A DNA stretch of 64,000 bases from Nemertoderma westbladi (lineage: Eukaryota; Animalia; Xenacoelomorpha): the NCBI GenBank assembly GCA_032718475.1, contig JAUCBJ010008331.1, forward strand, positions 1 through 64,000, in the 5' to 3' direction. The notes below the pieces were generated by a model. That model saw nothing but the letters and a program-made list of their open reading frames with translations. It was not told the DNA's origin and made no database searches. Within the stretch, counting starts at the first letter, position 1; each line of letters starts with the position of its first letter. Shown here in pieces: positions 39,601 to 50,287 of this stretch. The position numbers and the translations under genes were made by a program.

Positions 39601-40649
39601 TTACGGTAGGGTTTTCATTTAGTACAACTCATTGGTATACTAAAGCATATCTTTTATTATTCAACAACTTTTAGTATTTTTCTCTGATATATGTTCGTTA
39701 TTAGATTATTTGTTGTGGTCTTTATTCATAGAAATATTGTGTAAATAATAATGTTATCATTGTTGATAATTAATTAATAATTACATTATATTAAACTATA
39801 AATTACACAAGTAAATCGATTGTTTTATTATAACAAACCTGTCTTTAAACTGGGTAGTTTTTAAAGCTGATTCCGGCAAAAACTTTCTATGTATAACCAC
39901 CAAATGGCTTCAAACCACTTGCATGTATTTGAAAATTGTAAACGCGACGAATTATTTATCAATAGAGGAACTAAAAAAGGAACTAAAAAAGGAACTACCT
40001 CTGGAATTTATAAATTGTTATCTAGTTGTTAAATAAAAAAGTTGAGGGCGATTCGTTGTGCAATATTGGATATATTTGTATATTATCAACAATATGAAAC
40101 GCGAAATTAAATGTCCACAACTGCACTCTGATCTCTCTAGCATACAGCCAATGTAAAACCAGTAAACAAGAATCACAACAGCTGAACAACATTTCACTAA
40201 TTGTGAATTGTACATTGTGTGTGTACATTGATATCGCGAATTGTTCTAACTGTGTTCAGTAACTATAGTTACCTAGAAACATGGAAATTTGGGGCAATAT
40301 AATTGGTTTATTTAGATATTTATCTGAATATAACCAATCTACACGTATTAGCCATCATACTATTCCTCTATTAGAATTTCTTTGTTTTACCAATAACGCT
40401 TGCTGGTAATGGAATATGGAGGTTACAGACCTCAAAGCATAAGTCTATTATTACTGTAGATACAGTCCAGTGTCCAGTCAGAACTCCATTTAGCAAGAAA
40501 TGTAACTGAATGTCAATAAGCAATGAAGATCATTTATTTCCATTGTGAATTTTATTCTCAAATGTTCAACCTAAATGTCTAAAGAAATATAATCGTCATT
40601 TTTATCAAATTTCATTAGTCTCATGGGATATTTGTTGAGGGTGTTGTGG

Positions 40650-41775
40650 GCCATTCTCACCAAAATTGGCCAAACGGGTGTCCTGAAGCCATAACTTCTG
40701 TTTATGGCGATTCTAGAAAGTGGTTGATTGCTTCAATGAAAGCTGCTGAAGCGTAGATTTTGTACAGTTAATTTCAGCTTAAACAGACATCATGTCTTCC
40801 CGTAGCAGAACATAATATGGCCAAAAATATGGTCAAAATGACATTTTCACATGTCCCAGTTCCAAAGTGCTAGTAGAACAAACTGTTATAAAATTCCAAC
40901 CCCAAGGTCATATCAGTTAGAAAGCTAGTTAGAATATCGTTAGAAAGCTGGATAAATGGAGATTCGTTTTCAGCAGTATTTGTATACGTACAATGTAGTT
41001 GGTGTCGTACAGCTGCATTTAACATCGTGTCCGACACTTTTCTGATTTTTATGTCCGACCCTGTAATGGTGCATTTCATCTTAACTTTTTAAGAACAATC
41101 CTAAAAGTAAATATTCATTTGAAAGCAAATTTTCTCAGGATGACCACGTTAAAATTTCATCGCATTTGCTTAATTTCCGTACAAGTAATCGTCTTCTAAG
41201 TAGACCAAGGTATATGTGACAATCACTTTGTCCGGCCCCTGTAATGGTGAGATATTGCCTATTTAAAAGTGATAGAATTGCTGATAAGGGTTAGTAAAGA
41301 TACTGCCAGGTTCGTATATCTCAGCGCTTTCAGGGGGTGTATGAAATATGCGGGTTAGCCACATTGCAAATTATTTATAAACAATAATCAATCAAAGTGT
41401 CCGGCCCTGTAATGGTGTCCGCCCCTGGTAATGTATGGCTCTGGGAGGCTCTGGGATCACGTTCAATATGTAATATATATGTTTATTATAATAAAAGTAT
41501 ATCTTTCACTATTCAAAATATAATTATAGGCGTGGATTATTATATATTTACCAAGGAATGTTAAGCATTACAGGCCGGACAAATCGTTACAGGGCGGACT
41601 CGTTTTAAATGCCAAATAAATTTTTTCAACGGTGCAAAAGTGTTTAACTATGGTGCCCATGACATTCCTGACATCAAGAGCTTTCAGAAAATATATGGGT
41701 TTACTATATTCTGGAGAACAATTTTTTTGGACATATTTACACCCGTTTTGGCCAATTTTGGTGAGAATGGGCCTT
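40650..41775. mobile_element. DNA-transposon remnant with a 33-bp inverted pair and internal repeated motifs
   Basis: GGCCATTCTCACCAAAATTGGCCAAACGGGTGT (40650) vs ACACCCGTTTTGGCCAATTTTGGTGAGAATGGGCC (~41740); GTCCG(G/A)CCCTGTAATGG repeated ~4x forward and 2x reverse. Confidence 0.55.
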
Positions 41776-41979
41776 GTATGTCTTCCATGTGCGTTTTCAA
41801 TTCCTATATGGAATCATCCAATGAATTATGAGTTGTTAATGCTACAACATAAAATATCAGTTTATATGCTAATGGGTCTTTACAAGTATATCCAAGCCAT
41901 TTCTTGAAGTATATGATGTTAGACAATTTTATTTTTAATTTTATTAGACTATTTTATTGTTTTCATATTAATTTCTTGA

Positions 41980-42170
41980 AGTGGATGCTGACGGTGAGAA
42001 TCATCTGAATAACGGTGAAACTATAACGATAAGGAAGCCGAACCCGGTCTATAAATTATCAGATCGCATGTGTTTAATGGATAAATTTCACGAACGAAAC
42101 ACAAACTCTCCAGTAGAAACAATGCGACGAATTCGACTTGTTCCAGAACTTAGACATTGTAATAGTTACA
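41980..42170 (+). pseudogene. Probable KDZ/HMGXB3-like transposase fragment
   Basis: LSDRMCLMDKFHERNTNSPVETMRRIRLVPELRHCNS resembles the DxFH..N...PEL...NS(Q..EQ) motif of KDZ-family transposases (recalled, not searched). Confidence 0.45.
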
Positions 42171-42399
42171 GTAGTTCCGATATAACTAATTAGCCCACTT
42201 GAAATGTATTTTCTGTAATTTGTTAAATTTATTGTAGTTTATGTGCTTCTGTGCATGTTTGTAAAATTCGTTTATGTTGATGAGGTAGGGGGCTATATAC
42301 GTATAGCCTGCCACTATTGCCCTATTTTTAACAGATATTTTACCCCGTCTTAAACAATCAGATCAGTATACGATGGTAGGACGATATTTGTGTCTACTG

Positions 42400-42530
42400 T
42401 TAGTTGACGGTGACACAGATCCATTCGAATTGTTATGGGGAGACCTCCAGCGTGACACACTTGCTCCATTTCTATTCATAATTGTGGTTGACTATGTTTT
42501 ACGCATGTCCTTAGATCATCATAATGGGTT
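42400..42530 (+). mobile_element. RTE LINE reverse transcriptase fragment
   Basis: DGDTDPFELLWGDLQRDTLAPFLFIIVVDYVLR, a degenerate GVxQGDxLAP motif. Confidence 0.75.
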
Positions 42531-43800
42531 TTTAATTATTAACCGCAGGTTTAATACTATTAACTATGGGTTTTTAATGATTAACCAAAGGTTTAATACT
42601 ATTAAACTATGGGTTTTTAATGATTAACAAAAGGTTTAATACTATTAAACTATGGGTTTTTAATGATTAACTAAAGGTTTAATACTATTAAACTATGGGT
42701 TTTTAATGATTAACTAAAGGTTTAATACTATTAAACTATGGGTTTTTAATGATTAAGCAAAGGTTTAATACTGTTAAACTATGGGTTTTTAATGATTAAC
42801 TAAAGGTTTAATACTATTAAACTATGGGTTTTTAATGATTAAGCAAAGGTTTAATACTGTTAAACTATGGGTTTTTAATGATTAACTAAAGGTTTAATAC
42901 TATTAAACTATGGGTTTTTAATGATTAACTAAAGGTTTAATACTATTAAACTATGGGTTTTTAATGATTAAGCAAAGGTTTAATACTGTTAAACTATGGG
43001 TTTTTAATGATTAACTAAAGGTTTAATACTATTAAACTATGGGTTTTTAATGATTAACAAAAGGTTTAATACTATTAAACTATGGGTTTTTAATGATTAA
43101 CCAAAGGTTTAATACTATTAAACTATGGGTTTTTAATGATTAACTACAGGTTTAATACTATTAAACTAGGGGTTTTTAATGATTAACAAAAGGTTTAATA
43201 CTATTAAACTATGGGTTTTTAATGATTAACTAAAGGTTTAATACTATTAAACTATGGGTTTTTAATGATTAACTAAAGGTTTAATACTATTAAACTATGG
43301 GTTTTTAATGATTAACTAAAGGTTTAATACTATTAAACTATGGGTTTTTAATGATTAACCAAAGGTTTAATACTGTTAAACTATGGGTTTTTAATGATTA
43401 ACTAAAGGTTTAATACTATTAAACTATGGGTTTTTAATGATTAAGCAAAGGTTTAATACTGTTAAACTATGGGTTTTTAATGATTAACTAAAGGTTTAAT
43501 ACTATTAAACTATGGGTTTTTAATGATTAACTAAAGGTTTAATACTATTAAACTATGGGTTTTTAATGATTAACAAAAGGTTTAATACTATTAAACTATG
43601 GGTTTTTAATGATTAACTAAAGGTTTAATACTATTAAACTATGGGTTTTTAATGATTAACTAAAGGTTTAATACTATTAAACTATGGGTTTTTAATGATT
43701 AAGCAAAGGTTTAATACTGTTAAACTATGGCTTTTTAATTATTAACCAAAGGTTTAATACTATTAAACTATGGGTTTTTGTTCTATAACCAGAGGTTTAA
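42523..43800. repeat. 43-bp AT-rich satellite, ~29 copies
   Basis: (AAAGGTTTAATACTATTAAACTATGGGTTTTTAATGATTAACT)n; perfect GTTTAATA-C-TATTAAAC dyad in most units. Confidence 0.95.
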
Positions 43801-44029
43801 ATTAATTGAAACTTCGGTAAATGACGATTATTTATCCAAAATTACCACCGGTTTTTTCATAAATAAAACCGCCAGTTGAACTGAAAATTAAACCCCCAGT
43901 TTTCTTAGAAATAAAACTACCGGTTTCTCAAAAAAACCCCGATGAATTTGGTTGCAGATTTACCCGGTTTTTTTGCGTAAACGGGCAGTTTTTTTAAAAA
44001 TATCCCGGGTTGTGTTTTTTCAGTGAGAG

Positions 44030-44625
44030 GGAGCCCAATGGCTCTTCGGCTCATTAGAACAGGCTGCTTCTAGTGTTGGTCTTTTTCGTTAACTCCAAGA
44101 AGGCTAAAATTTTCACAGATCACTTTTGATCATAAGCGCAAAGGATAAGCATGCTTGATGAGCATGTGGACGACTTCTGTTACCTGGGATCATGGATCTG
44201 GAAATCAGGTACCTTCGAATACGTAAGGGAAAGGCATGGACAGCATTGAATGGGATTTCCAGGATTTGGAAGTCACACAGAATACGTCGGAAACTGAAGG
44301 TCCGATTATTTAGAGCAGCGGTAGTACCAGTACTCCTCTATGTGAGTCCTGTACAATGGACATGTCAAGTACAATGGACACATCTCAAACCAGACACTAT
44401 AGTATACAACATATGAGGTGGTCTCATTCCCCCACGGAGCCGGCTTTGTTCAAGCTTGGCCCAAGCTTGAACAAAGCCGCCTCCGCGCTCCGCTTTGCAG
44501 GACATTGATTTCGCCTGTGCACAATCTTGTGCTATAGCGGCCTCATGGAGTGAATAAGCATGGTGCACAGCCCATGATTTTCCTGAGACGCCTATTAAAG
44601 GACACTGGCCTTGAAGATGCAGAAC
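44030..44625 (+). mobile_element. RTE LINE fragment (continuation of the 42400 fragment)
   Basis: LEQAASSVGL...VDDFCYLGS...RIRKGKAWTALNGISRIWKS...KVRLFRAAVVPVLLY. Confidence 0.75.
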
Positions 44626-44674
44626 GGCCCCATCGCAGAACAAAATGCCCTTTGAGACCGTTTACCCAGATAGG

Positions 44675-44922
44675 GGTGGGGGGGGGGGGGGGGGGGGGAA
44701 CTCGACGCATTAAAAATTCGTCCATCTCCAGGGGAAATTGGACTCAAATAACAGTTGATTACTCTCAAAAATAAAACTGAAACCTGTTCTATTGTGTTTA
44801 GTTTATTGTTTTGGTTAAAATAACGTTCCACTGTAACCTGTTCCTTTCCCTAAATTGAGAATTTAACATCGAGGCGGGATATTAATTCGCCAAGATGAGA
44901 TTTGCGTCCAGTTTCCCCTCCA
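44675..44922. mobile_element. Complete copy of the poly-G-tipped MITE
   Basis: GGGGGAACTCGACGCA...TGCGTCCAGTTTCCCCTCC inverted termini. Confidence 0.65.
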
Positions 44923-45494
44923 GGTGGCTGATATGGATAACATTTCACACATCGCAGTAATTCTAATTGTGATTGTGATATGTTTGCCTAGGCGAATGTG
45001 TATTACATTAACACCATGCCCTGGAATATAGTGTCGTTATTTAGGTGTCATAAATGCCTACATTATAATACTAGTATATGGACATTCCTAGTAGTAGTAC
45101 ATACATAAGCGAAATGTTCTAGAACATTTGTGTATTTATTATACAGAATAAATGGCCTGCAATGGAAGTAAATACAGGCAAAATTCGAATGCCCATATCT
45201 CAGCTATTTCCCAACCAAATTTAAATATTTTTACATATTTGGTGTCCTTGATTGACCAGCTTTCTAACAGTATCAACCGCGGTGTAACTGGTGAATTATC
45301 GACGGAGACACTTTTTTTAAACACTTGTAGCTAAAGATTAGAAGCAAAAATAAACATTCTGGCTCACCCAGCAAGGAGGAGGGTGTGAAATTCTCTATGT
45401 TTCAAATTTCATGCAATCTCATTAAGATCTGTAGAAAAATTTGGGGGGGGGGGGGGTATTCCTGAATAACGACACAATATTCCAGAACATAGTA

Positions 45495-45960
45495 TAAAAG
45501 GAAGGTTGACGACTTCCAGTACCTTGGGTCATGGATAGAGAGTAGCAAAAAGGACATAGAAGTTAGGAAAGCAAAGGCATGGGTAGCTCTATCAAAAATA
45601 GATACCATCTGGAAATCAGATCTCTCCAGGCACCTGAAGACTAAATTCTTTCGAGCCACAGTGGAAAGTGTATTTTTATACGGGGATGAGAAATGGACAT
45701 TGACGAAATCACTTGAACAATGAATTGATGGTTGCTACACAAGACTACTAAGGGCAGGCCTAAACATCAGCTGGAGACAACACATGACAATCGCCGAGCT
45801 TTATGGTACAATACCACTTGTATCAACCACCCTCTGCATCAACGCATATTAAGATTCAGTGGGCACTGCTGGCGAAGTAAAGACGAGGTCATACCAGATC
45901 TACTTTTCTGGCAACCAACACATGGAAAGCGTTCCCGTGGACAACCGGCTATAACATAGG
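45495..45960 (+). mobile_element. RTE LINE 3' ORF fragment (second subfamily)
   Basis: KVDDFQYLGSWIESSKKDIEVRKAKAWVAL...FFRATVESVFLYG...ILRFSGHCWRSKDE with stops and frameshifts. Confidence 0.8.
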
Positions 45961-46059
45961 CCAGCTTGAAAGGGATACATGATAAATAGGCACACATGAC
46001 TAACAGGGATATGGGACTTGATAGGGTAGATGAGGGTCACATCAATCAAATAATGACTA

Positions 46060-46530
46060 TTTAAGGGCAGGTAGGAACCAACCTGTAATTTAAGCCAATG
46101 AGGCAGTATTTCCAAGGTAGGCCGAGTTTGATGGGTCCTCGAGAACCACAAAGAGAGTGTCATTTGCCTCAAGCCTTGGGAGTAAACTCGGTATCAAAGC
46201 AACCCAAAAAACCACCCGGTGGCGGCCATCACGGTCCAATAGACAGCCAAGGGAGAACCGGCGTGGTAACCAGAACTGTTTCTGTAAAGAAAGTTGCATC
46301 TTGGAACCAATTCTAGTGGTTTATCATTGAAGAAGTCTCAAGTAAAAAGTACATACAAATACAATGTGCAGTCATTATTTTACTTCTTCAAGGCGTTTCA
46401 CATTCTGTCAGAACCACGCAAGTTCAATAACAACATGGGATTCCTGATACAATCATTGAGGCGATGAGATCATAATATATGATGGATCCCCGACATTGTT
46501 TCACTTCAGGTGGAGTCACAGCCTAATTTT
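46060..46530 (+). mobile_element. Probable 5' end plus internally deleted remnant of an RTE-like LINE
   Basis: GC-richer leader, then KKVASWN (APE first motif), then FFKAF...GIPDTIIEAMRS (RT region). Confidence 0.4.
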
Positions 46531-46789
46531 AAGTAGAGTCACATTTAAATAGAGTCACATTTAGCTTCAGTATTGTGATGCACACTATATTCTAACGACA
46601 GACTCTACATCCATAAATCAATGGGGAGGAGATACAATTTGTCTCAATGTGGTATGAAACCGTGGAACTGCTATACTATATACTCCCTAGAGGAAATTGG
46701 TATTCATTTATCAACCATTTAATGATCCAAGATGGGGATGAGTCCTGGCTATACCCTGTAAAGTATTCGTGTCGAATCGAAAACTCCCT

Positions 46790-46870
46790 GGTCCCCATGC
46801 GGGGATCGAACACACGACCTCCTTGAAACCCACAAAGGGCAAGTACGATCTGCCATCAACCATTGCCCAA
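46790..46870 (-). mobile_element. tRNA-derived degenerate repeat
   Basis: Minus strand GGGCAATGGTTGATGGC...GGAGGTCGTGTGTTCGATCCCCGCATGGGG (B-box). Confidence 0.35.
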
Positions 46871-48148
46871 TAAAACACATACAAAGCAGCCCAGCCAAAG
46901 TATCCCAGTGGTCTGGCTTGGTTGTAGACACCTCGACCGTGTTATGGAATAATGGATTGGGGCGTATAGGTAGACAAAAATTATATTATAAATAATTATT
47001 GTTAGTGTTGAAACAATAGTAATACAATAAAATTTGTTAAAATACACACATTAACCGATAATCGTAAATACTGAACAAACTGAAGACCAGATAATAACTT
47101 TACTTTGCGCTGTGAATGATGGAATGCTATTTAGGTTTATTGATGATGTCCATTCCTGTATGAAGATGAACCTGTTAACCGTTGTTACAAAACTGAAAGT
47201 AAAAAATGTAAAGAATAAAATAAGTTGGATCACACACAAATCGAATGACGTCATACAATATGTCTATGATAGATATGTTATGTGTGTATATTGTTTATGT
47301 ATGTACAGTACTGTCATGAGGTAAACCTTAATAAACAATGCAGCAATTACGATACATTAGCACACATCGTTAAATACCTGTAAAATCAACCCAATTTTGT
47401 ATATATATATACATAATGTAAATATTTAAAATAAAAGTTCAGTAAATATAATGTACGACAATATAACCCTACGTTGTAATTGAAAAATATATAATAAAGA
47501 TACCGTGATATATAGTGAATAAAAACCGTAACCGTGGCAACGTAATATAAGTGATTAACGGTGATATAATAAACTAATTCTTTATTAACAATGAAAGCAG
47601 CATTTATATATATTAAATAAAATATTAACTAATAATAATTGATGTTTTTACTCAAAACGTTATCATCGACACAAATTAATACGTAATTCAATGTGGTGGT
47701 TAACATTACTTTGTGACTTATAGTAAAACTAAGATACCGACCGAGAGGTTGGAAATCATAAATAACTGTCTGGAAATATAACGGCGTGTTACATTGCCGG
47801 TACTCGGGTACAAACCGTTATACACCGCCGGTACTCGGTTACAAACTATATACTGAATAATAATAATATTATATAAAAATGTAAAATAGTAAAGAACAAA
47901 CTCTATCTGTAATAATTAATATTATAACACCAAGGAGAATTGCAACATTGCCTTCATACATTGCGGCAAACTAATGGTATTAATCTACTGTATATGAATA
48001 ACTTGGCGCCTTAGAAACTTAAAATAAAAACATCTTAATTAGTTAATTATACCAATTATTTATTTAATATGTTTTAAACGGAATAAATATGGAATTTAAA
48101 CAAGATTTTGGATGAACAGTACTATATAATTTGAGTCAACTAATAACT

Positions 48149-48222
48149 GAATTCGCCACCGTCGGGGATTGAACTCGTGTCTCACATAACCGTTCAGGTA
48201 GCTAACCCATCACGACACCACT
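48149..48222 (-). mobile_element. tRNA-like SINE segment (inverted partner of 49411-49490)
   Basis: Reverse complement aligns to 49411-49490: ACCTGAACG...GAGAC...GTTCRATCCCCG...GGCGAATTC. Confidence 0.5.
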
Positions 48223-48309
48223 GTAAATACCACTACAGCGGTGCAGTGGGTGTTAGCTGTTAGCTCCCCTTAACTGTTATGGGAATACGGGGCAGTATTG
48301 AATATGAAT

Positions 48310-48950
48310 AGTCCGTCCAGGATTTGGATGTCCCATAGAATAAAACGGAATCTCAAGGTTTGATTTTTTTAGCGCCAGTACTCTTATATGGGCCAGGCTG
48401 TGGTCTAACTGCTGTGGATACCAAATCTCTGGATGGCATTTTCACAAGAATGCTGCGCTGGGTTCATTGTGTCACGTACAATGAACACATCTCCAATCAA
48501 AACTCTATGCAACATTGGAGGTGTTTCATTAGCCTACCCAAGCTTGACACTTGAACGGAGCCGCCTCCACTTTGTAGGACATTGCTTTCTACGTGTGGAC
48601 GCGCCTGTGCATTATCTTATGCTTTCTGGAATGCAGAGCGCGCCCTGGTGGTCACTGGAGGTATCATAATAATCTGGAGGGGATAGGATATCTATCCTAC
48701 CCACTCTGTACGCTATCCAATCTGGACTGAATATATATCCACTCCTGATAATTACTCTTGTGCTTTAGGAGCTACATGGAGAAAATAAGCATGGTCGACA
48801 GGCTGACAGACTTTCTCGAGACGCCTCTTAAAGGACACTGGCCTTGACTTCATTGCGAAAGTCATGGGGGATAGGGAGTTGTGGCGGTGCAACTTTGTCG
48901 ACACCATTCTGAATATATATGATATAATGCAGCTGAAATGCAGCATGACA
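48310..48950 (+). mobile_element. RTE LINE 3' fragment with an internal insertion
   Basis: PVLLYG...KSLDGIFTRMLRWVHCV...RSRLHFVGHCF; same family as 22680-23110; interrupted at ~48625-48755. Confidence 0.75.
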
Positions 48951-49410
48951 TTTAGTAGCAGTAATATTTAAAGCAATCTTACGGCTGCAGTGAAATGCTG
49001 TCCGCCCTTAAGGATTGATTTATTCTGCATCGCAATACAACACAGTGTTTGACCTGTTTTGAGTGATGGACTCATTTAATATGTCGGCAATACTGTCTCA
49101 TCGGTTTAAATTTCATATTTATACTAAGTACTAATTATTAATTTCAATAAAACACCCTGTTTAGTAATTCAGTAATTACATGGAAGGCCTAGTCTCAATG
49201 AAATTCATGAGCAACCAGTTCAAAAAGTTTAGAATTGATAATTGAATATTAACCTTAAACTAAACATTATCAAGTATTGTTTATATGTTATAACACTGCT
49301 ACTGTATTAGGATACTGATTAAATCCATCCGTAAGGGCGGACTGTATTCAATAGCAACCGTGAGGTAGCTTCCCAATCTATAGCAACTCAATCGGAAAGA
49401 TGCAGGAGCC

Positions 49411-49490
49411 TCCGTGTGTTGTAGTGGTCAGCATACCTGAACGTTTATCGGGAGACGCGGGTTCGATCCCCGCTGTTGGCGAATTCATTT
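49411..49490 (+). mobile_element. tRNA-like SINE segment
   Basis: TGTAGTGGTCAGCA (A-box) and GGTTCGATCCCC (B-box); no complete acceptor stem. Confidence 0.5.
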
Positions 49491-50287
49491 TTTCCGCTCC
49501 ATTTGCTATAGAGTTGGATCATCGTATGTCCTGTTTAAATTACTTAATAAATTATCAAGTATTACTTTATCAGCAGGGAGTAAGTATTAAAGCAATACAA
49601 ATTACAATCTAAGGAAGCAGTGCAACAGTCGATACAACATTGTGGAAATTATCTACGTTAAATTAATTATTATATCAAATCTGAAAGCCTTTGGGAAAAT
49701 AAGAAAAATATACGTTTTTGTATAAATAAAATATGTAACAAACCAACTACAGTCCTAAAATCAATGTATAAAATCCAAAACACCATGTCACAGAGTACAA
49801 TATAGTGAAATGTTTGGATGAAACCACCTCTCTACTCACTTGTTCTCAAAGCTTGATGATTCAGTCCAGAGTTTACTATTGCTTCTATTAGATATGAGAA
49901 CAAGAATGATGATGAATCGGTATTAAGAATGACTCTTAGCATGTTGTAGTCGTAATATATTAAAATAACTATTTAAGTCAAAACAATATTATATTACGAC
50001 TTGGAGAACCGATAGGTGATAGGCGATTAATTAGTTTATTGTTTGCGACGGAATACCGCTGGCTACGGTTTACTCGTGCCGGTACTAATCGTACCGTACC
50101 GGTAAATCCATGAATACAGATTGGCTGAGACGTGAAAATAGTTGGTAGTGTACCTGAGGGGGGAGTGTAACGGGACTAATCTTATACTCTGTCATATGGG
50201 CGCTATTGAATTCCTACCCGCCGTATAAACTTCTACATTATATACTAACAATGTTCTATTTGTATAAAGAAATTTGGCGAAAGGTGA

